A stretch of DNA of 64,000 nt from a virus: IMG/VR virus record IMGVR_UViG_3300045988_153198; one strand, 5' to 3'. Positions 18,501 to 27,200 of the stretch are shown here, in pieces; positions within the stretch are counted from its first letter, which is position 1, and every line of letters starts with the position of its first letter. A program made the position numbers and the translations under genes. The notes under the pieces are model-generated. The model saw only the letters and a list, made by a program, of their open reading frames with translations, made no database searches and was not told the DNA's origin.

Positions 18501-20174
18501 CTGTGAATATTCCGAAACTTTGTTATTCCACTGGTCTGGATTTTCGACATTATTTCTCATATCATTTGCATCAAACCACGCAATCAGATTCTCCATAACA
18601 GGAGTAACACCGTCATAACTAGCTGCTTCAACTGTAAAATATCCCTCGGCAGTATCTACAGATGATTTCTGACTATCCAAAGTATATGACTTCATAGAAT
18701 ATTTATATGTACCAGCAGCAAGCTTACCAACAAACCAGTATGATGTAACACCAACTGTAGATTGCACACCAGCGTCAGGTGTTTTTGCATATTCAGTCAA
18801 AGTTTCATTAGAAGCACCATAGTTTGAAACCTTGTATAATGTACCTTTCATTAATAATAATGAAGTATTTTTACCACTTACACGATAAGGAATACTAAGA
18901 TACATATTTGTATTGATTCCATTCGGGTCTAACTCTGATACAATAGAAATTTCTCCATTTGACAAAACATTGATAGAATATGATAATGCTGAAGAAACCA
19001 ATGTATTTCCAGAAGCATCATCAATACTTGTTCCTGTATATGCCTGTAAAGTAATTGTATATGTTCCACGTTTCTTTAATCCAACATACCAAGTTCCTGT
19101 TTTTGCATAACTACCTGTATTGATAATTTCTTGAGAAGAAGTGCCATCATCCTTCATAATACGGCATAGGATTTTTACAACCTGAGAAGTATCACTACAC
19201 TTTACAGAGTATGGCACATTAATAGCAGTTGTTTCCTCAAAAACTGTATTATTAATAATAGAACCAAAGGTACTTGTTAATGTCAGACCTCCGCATACTA
19301 CTGTAAATAACAAATCTTCTGGAGCAGCAATTCCAAGATAGTCTGCACCACTAATTCTATATGTAGAAGTTCCTTCTGTAGTCAGAGTTCCTAAATCAAT
19401 GGCAATCGTACCTTTAGGAGAAGTAATTGTTTTAAGTAAAACATTGTCTTTATAAACTCTCAGTGTACAATCACCATAGGTTGTAGATGTAAAACGAACA
19501 AAAATAATTGCATTATCGCCAACACTATAATAAATTTTCTTTCCTTGTGGGAAATCAGAAGTATATGAAAGCTCTGGAACATTACCTCCACCACCGCCTG
19601 AACCACTAGAGAAAATTTCCCATCCAGTATTATCAATAGTACCAATTAACTGATATGTTTTATTGTTATTTGAATCCTCATCGTCTGTAACAACAACTAA
19701 CATACCAATTCTTCTATCGGACTCTAAAATAGCATCACGTTCTTCGATAGTGTCAACAATCTTTAAATACCCACTATCCTTTTTTAATCGTTCAAATACT
19801 CTTTCAAGATAAGCAGAAGAGTAAGTAGTGCTTGCACTTGACTCCACATCATTAATACCAATTTTGTCTGCAATAATACCATTTACCGCAGCAATAGCAT
19901 CCTGAATCTGTTGCAACTGAGTATTTGTTGTAGATTCGACATATTCAACTAATTCTGTCAATTGTTTTATATTCAAATCATATTTTTCAATTGTTGTCTG
20001 TAGAGCATTAATATCAATAACACAAGTTAAATCTTTCCATTTGGTTTTTCCATCACCAAATTTAATCATAAACTTGTCTGTACAAAATGACATTTCGCCT
20101 TCTTTAAGAACAGGATTTACCTTTTCCCAATTAGCTTTTGTGTCTCTACGGATTCTAATACTAACACAAGCCAT
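12519..20174 (-). CDS. giant tail fibre/adhesin (2551 aa): anchor - beta-rich - LamG-like - CotH-like - BspA-type LRR
   Basis: N-terminal anchor motif VSIRIRRDTKANWEKVNPVLKEGEMSF...KFGDGKTKWKDL. LamG-like region: LELVFRTRC...WVHATFVIDRN...MRIYINGVL. CotH-like region: KNYKLKL...FTLKCDYMESSH...VDNAGKNSMWDTWDGKKWYVRPYDMDTQAG. C-terminal ~1150 aa of repeats of the type DASYMF.gC..LtG.iP..lF. Confidence 0.8.
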   Translation of the reverse strand: MACVSIRIRRDTKANWEKVNPVLKEGEMSFCTDKFMIKFGDGKTKWKDLTCVIDINALQTTIEKYDLNIKQLTELVEYVESTTNTQLQQIQDAIAAVNGIIADKIGINDVESSASTTYSSAYLERVFERLKKDSGYLKIVDTIEERDAILESDRRIGMLVVVTDDEDSNNNKTYQLIGTIDNTGWEIFSSGSGGGGGNVPELSYTSDFPQGKKIYYSVGDNAIIFVRFTSTTYGDCTLRVYKDNVLLKTITSPKGTIAIDLGTLTTEGTSTYRISGADYLGIAAPEDLLFTVVCGGLTLTSTFGSIINNTVFEETTAINVPYSVKCSDTSQVVKILCRIMKDDGTSSQEIINTGSYAKTGTWYVGLKKRGTYTITLQAYTGTSIDDASGNTLVSSALSYSINVLSNGEISIVSELDPNGINTNMYLSIPYRVSGKNTSLLLMKGTLYKVSNYGASNETLTEYAKTPDAGVQSTVGVTSYWFVGKLAAGTYKYSMKSYTLDSQKSSVDTAEGYFTVEAASYDGVTPVMENLIAWFDANDMRNNVENPDQWNNKVSEYSQYQIKLHDLNYNTNGWKHVDESLSDSESGEMMLKFTGNSYGEMINKNTGERYCPLAGFNDGTEGYSLELVFRTRCVGEMKARVVTCQKGVDTNTAGFSVTHEDLYIGSSSQNTNLGFAEDEWVHATFVIDRNIRSLEKVGLTNIENMNPIPTMRIYINGVLCSVTALTNDKFLDSLGNAYPLMLNASLVQNIPSYFGECEIKMIRLYNHYLDSSQVLQNYISSIYDLTEQNALKEKNDITTNKLPVITFKRKNIENNSNFEVLNSITDKATSNKTYVECVVEIQNPDGTITVWENVSVFLQGTSSLQYPVKNYKLKLYADEAHTSKLKVQMKDDWEKENTFTLKCDYMESSHLNNTPTAKFYNDLITILGGQSPAKANGYKDAIDGFPVIVYYTDDEKDTSKLTLVGSYMFNIDKKGKTLGFDVKVTDSNGQQFTDEEGNPIKNKCQSFEGTANASDTAGCFYKLSESIRNVYNYYVEDCYEEAYVAYLKSHGLSANAFSMEDFKATPEGKAVTYKTFDEFQASYSEYDYVSADFEARYDYSELEDKENPTEHDLELAYGALRDMINGVSDAVNNNTFKEYFTEHFDFTYAAAYYLQMVVFGQVDNAGKNSMWDTWDGKKWYVRPYDMDTQAGLANTGTESIGVDAEMIPALSPTVATGTFADYSTNSLTELRYASYNTKTSKFWNTFAKEYSEELKKLYQNLRKSVYDVDYIMKYYKAHTTDLIGEIFYNKDMAAKYLTQTSATNTEYLKMLHGNRLQRFKQWISQRLDFCDTIFDYRYSEDNTNSINGEISLRTDAYLLTGNTEESKDEASTLKAYIGILTYTPQYVTISVGSGRDAIITAYVSQNSTYIDPDTKREVQGTLFTFPVKATDKEITISAAGGIQLLNKLEDLNIRDLTIANATKILKLDLSGSSRMSRLILGNNKYLRELNCSGSVQLGTANGGQVLDLTGCKNIQKLDITNTKIVTVNFAEGSNLQTAILSKSSIKNLYFKSLEFLTEVNIDGCNSITEYIIDSCSAIKNVSLSGSPVVIFNAINCKNLQSVDVSNCKVLETFELTNCPNIYQLLMSNNNGSMMNDLHLYTLYKLKKLDVSNSTSLKNIRLPKYISQDEANRVAALKANNPNLTDEECNAQLWNVLETLNIRSSSIISIQYGSAEIAESDRKCDMKQLSKLSSISFQNCTSIKAIENINYVTSNMDALFDGCNSLQRVTGYLKCTSLARYLFRYCYVLTDINNLTFDFAGVTDISYLFYVNGGNGGTPTYAMARKVLYACDESLKNINDLMWGCKTEQTIPSDLFAHTPNITTASCAFISNKLTKIPKALFDNLTKLQNASYMFYVCRDLVSIDQNVFEKAVSLVDVSRMFGECTNLVNFIHSNCNIFANTPNITSTYAMFHNCIKLINTNGLSGMLDPLVNLKDASYMFYGCAALTGNVPNGFFAKNVLLTTANGVFAGCSKITGLPSRLFRVKESDDNELPYLTAAKSMFYDCTALTGDVQSDFFIGASNLKQIGQAITDNLPMSSYRYTLYGFFGNTKIEGYFEDFLATLPNLLDASYLFYHSSGTNNEALKYCYYRENGVEKEYTNSLSINMFNGNPLLQNVSNAFRYCKGLKGCIPYKEVNGKIISIFEPCKNNIIDASYMFDNCTLLSGTDLDNSVMVGIKKELFKDCIKLQTVKQFFGSNSNHSFTIPTGLFDGCISLKDTSYLFYNCALLQGSIPVSLFNSCRETLEDVSYMFWGCLELSGELPTGSKDESGNITQKGFLADCLKLKSASYLFYDCEGLTGGIPDDIFYTSSITDKYTELKDISGMFRKCRGLNAAYHDESLDVDYICASDMFAKCVALTTIAAIFRECFKLPACSIPQNLFAKQTALQYANEAFYGIDNLTGAITNTFMINCINTLVNAYGMFAFTNISSVSSGFLHGELKNTKLKYIGALFYRCSNISGTVPFFWDGNTFSAIVSDTTGYFGALYNCSKLSNYAAANAVSTNWTKNLDIYAR

Positions 20175-20188
20175 ATTTTCACCTTCCT

Positions 20189-20881
20189 TTATCCATTATT
20201 ATTTTCACAATTTCCACCATCAATCTGGAACATATAATCAGGATTTGTATAAGCATTGCCACCATCAATGTCATATAGCAAACCATCGACAGTTTCTTTT
20301 GCTTTTAATGTTTCAGAGGTAGCCTTTTCACATTCCTGTGTTTGGTCTTTGCAAGCCTGAATAGCAGCAGCAGTAGATACCTGTCTATTTGTTTCGTTCT
20401 CTATTCTTTGATTTTCATTTGAAATACGTGTATTCTCATTTGATACACGTATTGCTTCAGCATTTTTTACTTCTTCATGGAATTGATGTACTTCTGCAAT
20501 CAAATCCTCAATGTACACAACATTTAGATTATCTACATACTCAAAATCTGTAGGTTGTGGTTTAGGTCTTACAGGTATTCTAATTACATCAACTGTTTTT
20601 CCACTTTTTTCTTTTTCATTATTTGTTCCTTTATATAAATAAACGTAAGCAGTAATAGTGTATGGTTCTCTCAATAGAGTATTTGGAACATCAACCGTAA
20701 TCACTCCATCTTTTAATACAGACTTTACTCCTAATGCACGTTCACTATTCTTGTTACAAAAATGAAAAATTGGTGCTATATCAAAATCAGAATCCTCAAT
20801 TATAAGTGATTGGTTAGTATCCCATTGAGTTAAACTTGTTACAATATCACCATTTGAATCCAAACAAGTTACTTCGTACAT
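20189..20881 (-). CDS. BppU-like baseplate/fibre protein (230 aa)
   Basis: N-terminal Ig-like segment, then SNENTRISNENQRIENETNR heptad-type repeats. C-terminal IDGGNA and IDGGNC. Confidence 0.5.
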   Translation of the reverse strand: MYEVTCLDSNGDIVTSLTQWDTNQSLIIEDSDFDIAPIFHFCNKNSERALGVKSVLKDGVITVDVPNTLLREPYTITAYVYLYKGTNNEKEKSGKTVDVIRIPVRPKPQPTDFEYVDNLNVVYIEDLIAEVHQFHEEVKNAEAIRVSNENTRISNENQRIENETNRQVSTAAAIQACKDQTQECEKATSETLKAKETVDGLLYDIDGGNAYTNPDYMFQIDGGNCENNNG

Positions 20882-20910
20882 ACACTTTTCCTCCTTTTTT
20901 CGTTCTTTTC

Positions 20911-20942
20911 GTATTTAAAATCACCCCTCATATAGAGGGGTG
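20911..20942 (-). terminator. intrinsic terminator/attenuator after 20949..21275
   Basis: Stem CACCCCTC/GAGGGGTG with a 5-nt loop and a minus-sense TTTTAAA tract. Confidence 0.5.
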
Positions 20943-20948
20943 TGCCAA

Positions 20949-21275
20949 TTAATTTTCATTTCTTTTATCAGGTCTTTTTGTTGGTAAACTCATGAATTTC
21001 TCATGAATATCATCCATAACACCATTCGCACCAAGCCCATGATATTGCTTCCAACAGTTTTCAAAATTTTCTCTTGCATAAATTGGAGCATATTCTTTTT
21101 CGCTCCATCGGTTATAATCGTTAATCATTTGACTTCTAAGCAGTGCTTGAAGTCCATATTTGACAGCTTTCGTTTCTTCGTCATTCTTTTTTAACTTCTT
21201 ATAAATCCAACCGCATACAGTAAATAATGAAGGCACTCCCAAAAGACATAGAATTTGATAAAATGTCAATGTCAT
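20949..21275 (-). CDS. small membrane protein, holin candidate (108 aa)
   Basis: N-terminal TM segment ILCLLGVPSLFTVCGWIY. Lies immediately downstream of the endolysin gene. Confidence 0.4.
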   Translation of the reverse strand: MTLTFYQILCLLGVPSLFTVCGWIYKKLKKNDEETKAVKYGLQALLRSQMINDYNRWSEKEYAPIYARENFENCWKQYHGLGANGVMDDIHEKFMSLPTKRPDKRNEN

Positions 21276-21290
21276 ATAGACTTCCTCCTA

Positions 21291-21324
21291 ATATAAAAAT
21301 TAGAGGGTGAATATATTCACCCTC
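21291..21324 (-). terminator. intrinsic terminator after the endolysin gene
   Basis: 22-nt palindrome GAGGGTGAATA/TATTCACCCTC (21303-21324) followed by minus-sense TTTTTAT. Confidence 0.6.
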
Positions 21325-21330
21325 CGATAA

Positions 21331-21347
21331 GAGTATAACCTTAACAG
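21331..21347 (-). promoter_or_regulatory. conserved 17-nt motif, copy c (CTGTTAAGGTTATACTC)
   Basis: Abuts the endolysin stop codon. Sense orientation matches the local genes. Confidence 0.6.
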
Positions 21348-23084
21348 TTACGCTCGTTTAAGATATTTGCTTGATACGAAACCTGTAATTGTTCCATACT
21401 GTACTAAATACCAGTTTGTTCCATTTACAGCAGTATAATATCCATAGCAATGTACAGTTCCACCACAAGGAATAGTAGTGATAACTTTAAAGCTTGTGCC
21501 AGCACCAGTTCTGAGATTTAATGCATCAGTTGTTTTATATGTACCAGCATAAGCAGATTTTTTAGATTCTGCATAAGATAATTTGTTTGATGAAGATGCA
21601 TTAGAGGAATTAGATGTAGATTCCTTTTTTACATATCCAGAATGAACAAATCCATACTTACCGTTATATTTAATATAATACCAAACAGAACCATCAGAAG
21701 CTTTCTGAGAAGCACATACACCAATTCTAGTTCCTTTCTTTAAAGGACTAAATGAACAAGTTTTGTTTTTTGTTCCAGCCCATGTTCTCACATTTAACTC
21801 ATCTGTTGTAATGCCATACCACTGTACAGTTTTACTTAATGTACCACTGGTTTGAGTATTATTAGATGGAGTAGAAGGAGCTGCTGGAGTAGAAGTATTT
21901 CCAGAAGAGCTGCTACTTGTTGCTTTACTTGAATATTTCGGTAAACAGAATCCTCTAATATATCTACCATTTACCGCAATTTCACGATATGCAACACGAT
22001 TATTTCTATTTCCTTCAATAACAGTAATTGTATTTCCACTAACAGAAACTACAATACCTACATGGTCTGGATAACCTGTACAATCTCCAGCACCATTATC
22101 ATTCCAGTAATACATAATAATATCGCCAACTTTAGGTACATAAGCATCGTTTTCTTCCCAACGACCAAGTTTACGATATAACTCAATCATTGCTCCACAA
22201 CCACACTCAGTTGGCATAATATCAGTTAATCCGCACTGAATTGAAATAAAGCTGACAAATGTTGCACACCAAGCATCGGTATAAGTTACTTTATAACTTC
22301 TTGCCAATGGTTTATGTGCATTATATCCATCAATAATTTTTCTGTGAGAACCATCTGCTTCATTACAACCTAAATACTTCTTAGCTGTTTCGACAACTTT
22401 CTGTCTCAATTCATTTTCCGTCATAGTCTTACCTCCTGTAGTATTTGATGTTGAAGAAGTATGTAAATACTTCTTCAGTGAGTTGTAAACCATTTTCTGC
22501 CTTGATTTATATGCACCCACCTGATTACCTGTATCGGTTTGGCAAGCTGCATACAAATTGTCTAATGTATAAGGTTTCCTTGTTTTTGCGACAACTCTCT
22601 TCATTGCGGATAAACCACCTTGATGTCTAAAATTAGCACACATCATTTGTGCTGCCACATCGGTAACACCTAATGTTGCTGCTTCATCAATGTATTTCTG
22701 CATCTGAGAATCAATTAAAGAATCCTGACATTTAATGCCTACATTAGAACTGATAATTTTCTGAATACATTTAGCTTTTGCAGACCTTTTTGATAGCTTA
22801 TAAGTAGACCAATCTTTTGAATCCAAATCACTTCCAATACCAGCAGTATCTAATTTCTTAAACAAAGCTGAATCAGTAGTGCGAATAAGTTTCAAAAGTC
22901 TTTGGGCTTCAGTTGCATACCAAGCACCGCCACCAATTGTAATTGCGTGTTCTGAAGAAGAATTAGTATATGCTTCTGTGAAATCGTCATAACGAACACC
23001 GCCATATACCTGTCCTCCAGTTTCTACCGCATAAATGATTTTTCTAATTACTTCTTTTTGTGCATTTGTAAGATTTACAGACAT
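21348..23084 (-). CDS. endolysin: N-terminal lysozyme-like region + CHAP/NlpC-type amidase + two SH3b repeats (578 aa)
   Basis: CHAP-type DAWCATFVSF...YPDHVGIVVSVSGNTITVIEGN. Two SH3b-like repeats (LNVRTWAGT...WYYIKYNGKYGFVHSGYV and LNLRTGAGT...WYLVQYGTITGFVSSKYL) separated by Ser-rich linkers. Confidence 0.75.
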   Translation of the reverse strand: MSVNLTNAQKEVIRKIIYAVETGGQVYGGVRYDDFTEAYTNSSSEHAITIGGGAWYATEAQRLLKLIRTTDSALFKKLDTAGIGSDLDSKDWSTYKLSKRSAKAKCIQKIISSNVGIKCQDSLIDSQMQKYIDEAATLGVTDVAAQMMCANFRHQGGLSAMKRVVAKTRKPYTLDNLYAACQTDTGNQVGAYKSRQKMVYNSLKKYLHTSSTSNTTGGKTMTENELRQKVVETAKKYLGCNEADGSHRKIIDGYNAHKPLARSYKVTYTDAWCATFVSFISIQCGLTDIMPTECGCGAMIELYRKLGRWEENDAYVPKVGDIIMYYWNDNGAGDCTGYPDHVGIVVSVSGNTITVIEGNRNNRVAYREIAVNGRYIRGFCLPKYSSKATSSSSSGNTSTPAAPSTPSNNTQTSGTLSKTVQWYGITTDELNVRTWAGTKNKTCSFSPLKKGTRIGVCASQKASDGSVWYYIKYNGKYGFVHSGYVKKESTSNSSNASSSNKLSYAESKKSAYAGTYKTTDALNLRTGAGTSFKVITTIPCGGTVHCYGYYTAVNGTNWYLVQYGTITGFVSSKYLKRA

Positions 23085-23158
23085 AACAATCCTCCTTTAA
23101 CACAATAAAAAAGGACGATGCTTTATCAGCACCATCCTCTTAAAACTGTTATTTTATG

Positions 23159-23551
23159 TTACTTACCAGAAGCTTTGTTGCTATCAATTACTTTTCTGAG
23201 TTCAACCAAAGCATCATCAATTGCATCATCAATGTATTTTGTCAATTCTGTCTGGTCAACAACTTTTGACAAAATAGGATATTCTTTATAAATTTCTGCA
23301 ATTACCTGAGAACGCTTAATACTTCCAGCTTTATTCCATTCTTCATAATCAACTTCTGCATCAGAAATCTTTTTAAGAATAACCTGTTTAATCTGAGCTT
23401 TAGCAATTTTAATTTTTTCATCATCACTTTTACTCAAATAGTCCTGTGTTTTCTTTACAATACCAACAATCAAACCAGCACACACCAGAATAGTAGTCCA
23501 GTTATCATTGATAATATTAAGAAAATTTTGTAATCCTGTAAGAAAATTCAT
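23159..23551 (-). CDS. membrane protein, holin candidate (130 aa)
   Basis: One TM segment (WTTILVCAGLIVGIV) followed by a charged tail. Lies upstream of the endolysin. Confidence 0.4.
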   Translation of the reverse strand: MNFLTGLQNFLNIINDNWTTILVCAGLIVGIVKKTQDYLSKSDDEKIKIAKAQIKQVILKKISDAEVDYEEWNKAGSIKRSQVIAEIYKEYPILSKVVDQTELTKYIDDAIDDALVELRKVIDSNKASGK

Positions 23552-23563
23552 ATATAAATCCTC

Positions 23564-23983
23564 CTATCCTTGAGCATCAGAAGAACTTGATTCTTCTGAA
23601 TTATTTTGACTATTCTCAATATCCAATTGAGCCATAGCGGTTTCATACACAATTCCACCAGATGTATTTTCAGCTTTAGATTTACTGTAGTACCCCCAAA
23701 TAATAGGAGCTAAAGCTACAGGAATACCAATTAATACATACATAGAACTTGTATCCATAAGTTTTAACATTGCGTATTCACAGAATATTACAATTTCAAC
23801 ACATAATAGAATAATTCCCAAGAGAACAATTTTACTCATAGAAAAAGTTTTCTTCTTAGGCTTACCCTTTTTTCGTTCTTCTTTTAATTCTGCTTTTCGC
23901 TTTTTGGTTAAATTTGCTGCCCTGATTCTTTTCATCTGAGCATTAAATTCTTTTTCTGAAAGATATTTCATTGGAATCACCAC
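23564..23983 (-). CDS. two-TM membrane protein in the lysis cassette (139 aa)
   Basis: Basic N-terminus, TM segments IVLLGIILLCVEIVIFC and VLIGIPVALAPIIWGYY. Confidence 0.4.
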   Translation of the reverse strand: MVIPMKYLSEKEFNAQMKRIRAANLTKKRKAELKEERKKGKPKKKTFSMSKIVLLGIILLCVEIVIFCEYAMLKLMDTSSMYVLIGIPVALAPIIWGYYSKSKAENTSGGIVYETAMAQLDIENSQNNSEESSSSDAQG

Positions 23984-23985
23984 CT

Positions 23986-24222
23986 TTAACTTTCAGACTT
24001 GTCCTTTTCAATATCCTTATCTAAATCTTCCTGTTCTTTTGCAATAGCCTGTTCATACTGAAGTTTATCAATTTCATACTGCCTTTTTGAAGCAGCATGA
24101 GCTTCCTGTAAAAATGTACTTAAAATAGGCTCTATTACAAAAGGTGGAAGTCCAGATGTATTAATAATTTCTGCCAACTTTGTTTTGGTTTCTTCTATAA
24201 CCAATGTAACAGGTTTTTTCAT
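23986..24222 (-). CDS. hypothetical 78-aa protein
   Basis: Tightly packed ORF with an RBS. No family recognised. Confidence 0.45.
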   Translation of the reverse strand: MKKPVTLVIEETKTKLAEIINTSGLPPFVIEPILSTFLQEAHAASKRQYEIDKLQYEQAIAKEQEDLDKDIEKDKSES

Positions 24223-24239
24223 ATTGTCACCTCGCCTTA

Positions 24240-27200
24240 TTATTTGCCTTCTAATTTTTTGATTCTATTTTCTAAATCATCCAATTTATCTTCAACGTCT
24301 ATTTTATTTCGTCCAATAACTAATCGACTAGGTATTTTTACTCGACCAAATCTTAAAGAACCAAATTCAGATGCGGATGATTCTGTTAATAGTGTATTTG
24401 ATTCTTTGCCTATTACTAATTCAAAATAATGTGAACCAACTGCACCATCATACAGATTAAGATACATAAGCTTACTATATGAATCAATTCCATAACTATT
24501 AACATAAAAATAAATACTATCCTGTACTTTAAAATCCGTTGCGGTTATTTCTCCCATAACAACCGCACCATTGGAATATAACTTACCATCATGACCAACT
24601 CTGAACTTTGCATCAGAACCATCAGCTAAACTACCTCCAGCATAAAAAGCCATTGCAATACCAGATGAACCGATTCCTGAATATAAATTATTTTTATCTT
24701 TATATCTCAAATATCCGTTTCCAATATCCCAATTAGCAATTTTACCCTTTGATGAATATAACTCTCCATAGATAATTGCATTACTAGCTTGTAACAATCC
24801 TATTGAAGAAACCGAAAATCCTGTTGCACCATCTGAAGGTGTTTTACCAATTGTTCCATCAGTTTTTATATAAGCATCTAAACTTGGTGTTCCTTCCAAA
24901 TCAGAATATTTTCCGCTAAAAGCAACATCTGATAATCCACTGATATGTTCTGCATTAATTTCTGTATCATCCAAAAGAGTTAATTTTGTAGCAGTTATTT
25001 CACCAACAACTACTAAATTTCCAGATTTATCAAATGATAATACATTTCCATCTTTATTTTTTATATTAAAAATGGAACTTGCATTTGGGTTAATAGATAC
25101 AGTATCAACACCATTCGTCACCTGAAATCCGTTATTATCAAAAGTAAGATTTCCACTTTCATTATAAATTCCCAATTCTTTTCCAAGCAATAATCGTCCA
25201 ATAACCACTTCAGCATTAATACCATAAGCATTTTTTAATTCGCCTGTAATTGGGTCATTATAATAAAAATTACCGATTGCTGTCTTGGTAGTTTCCCAAT
25301 CATCATCAGTAATAGCAAGAGTAGAATTAATGATTTTTAACTGAGTCTTATCATAAGAATCGGTTATATCATTATACCTTCTGAATAGCATACCATGTTC
25401 ATCCCAAGTTTGAGTTTGATTATCTGCACCGCCAACAATCTTTGTATTTGTTGCATCTAATCCATTTTCAAACCATGATTTAAGTACATTATTACTATTT
25501 TCTCCTTGTGCTGCTTGCCTTTTGACTGAATCATAAGAAGTAGCCATAGAAGATGCTTTTGATAAAACATCTTGTATATCGGTTATACCAGAAGGAATTT
25601 TGGTTACATCCGAAAACTGAACAGAAGATAATTTTTCAAAATCATCAAAATCTATTTCATATTCTAATAAGCGTAATTTATAAACAGTATCATCTACTTG
25701 TACTCTAATCCAGTTTCCAACCTCAAAATGTTTTCTTAGAGGTTTAAATTTCTCTATTGTCAAAATATTTTTTAACGAAGCAGAAATTGAATGTTGTAGT
25801 TCTGCTGATTTATAAATTTCTTTATTTGCAACCTCAATAAATTCTAATGCCTTTTTAAATAACTCTACATTGCTCAATCCATCAGAAACATAATTGTCAT
25901 TTGAATATTTATCATCTCTTCTAAAAGAACAAAATTCTAACCATAAATTTTCTCCTAAATATTTTTGAAAATTAAGAGTATCTTGAATTTTATTTTTTTC
26001 TTTTAAAAGTAAAGTTTGAAATCCATCGGTTTTTAAAACACTATTCTCATCATATACTCCCAAAACAGAATCAATTTCTTTCTGTCTAACTGACATTTCA
26101 GCTTCAATTGCTTTTAGCTTATTAAAATATGGAGTATATAAATCACTGTACAAATTTGGTGTTTTTCCTGACCAAGTTTTTGAATCTGCAACACCTTGTT
26201 CAATCAAAATATCAATACAAGATTGACAAGCATCATGAAAACTATTCAAGGTATCGAGACAATATTTTTTTAATTCAGAACAAAAATCATTGTATTCTTT
26301 TTTGAATACTCCAGAAATACTCACATCTTCTGTATTCCCCTTATTAAGAGATTTTTCGATTTTTTGTTGTACATAAGTTTTATAATCATCATTCACAACA
26401 ATAGATACGGTATCACTTATTGCTGTATCTTCTTCATCAGAATAATTTGTGACTACAAAATTACCAGTCCAAACCTGATTCCATCTTTCAGAAGATAAGC
26501 TTGAAGTATTTACTTTTACTCTATATCTTGAATCAACGACTATTTTTGCCATTGCTAATACTACGTTATCAGCAGTAGCAACAGAAATATTACTTATATC
26601 CGAAACCGCAACAGGAGATATATTAGCTACTGTAAGTAATTTTGCTTGTTCGGCAGCAGTAGTATCACCCATTTTTGAATCAGGCATAAGCATTGACTTT
26701 AAATAACCACCCATATCAACTGTGTCATAATAGGCGGTCATAAGAGCAGAATATCCCTTAATAGGAATAGAAACTTCTTGTAAATCAGAATTGTATTTCT
26801 GATATTTTTTAACCAATGTATTGTATTGAGAAATATATGAACTATCAATTGATGCAACATAATCTGATTGATATGTCTGATATAAAGTATTATAAGATTC
26901 AATCTTTTCTAATAATTCATCTGACATATCTTCTTTTACATCATCTGAAAAATACCATATATAATCAGTTCCATTTGGATTGCAGTTTCTTATAGTGGCG
27001 GTCATTAAATCGTCACCAGCTTCAAGCTTAAAACAGTTTTTTACAGAATCAGTATCCGTTGTAAACTGAATATCTGCTCCACATTCATCTGAAGAAATAA
27101 AAATAGATGTATCTATACCATATCCTTCATTAATGTTTGTACTTTTACATTTAGGACAACTACCTGTAAATTCACCCCTATATCCACACTGATTACAATT

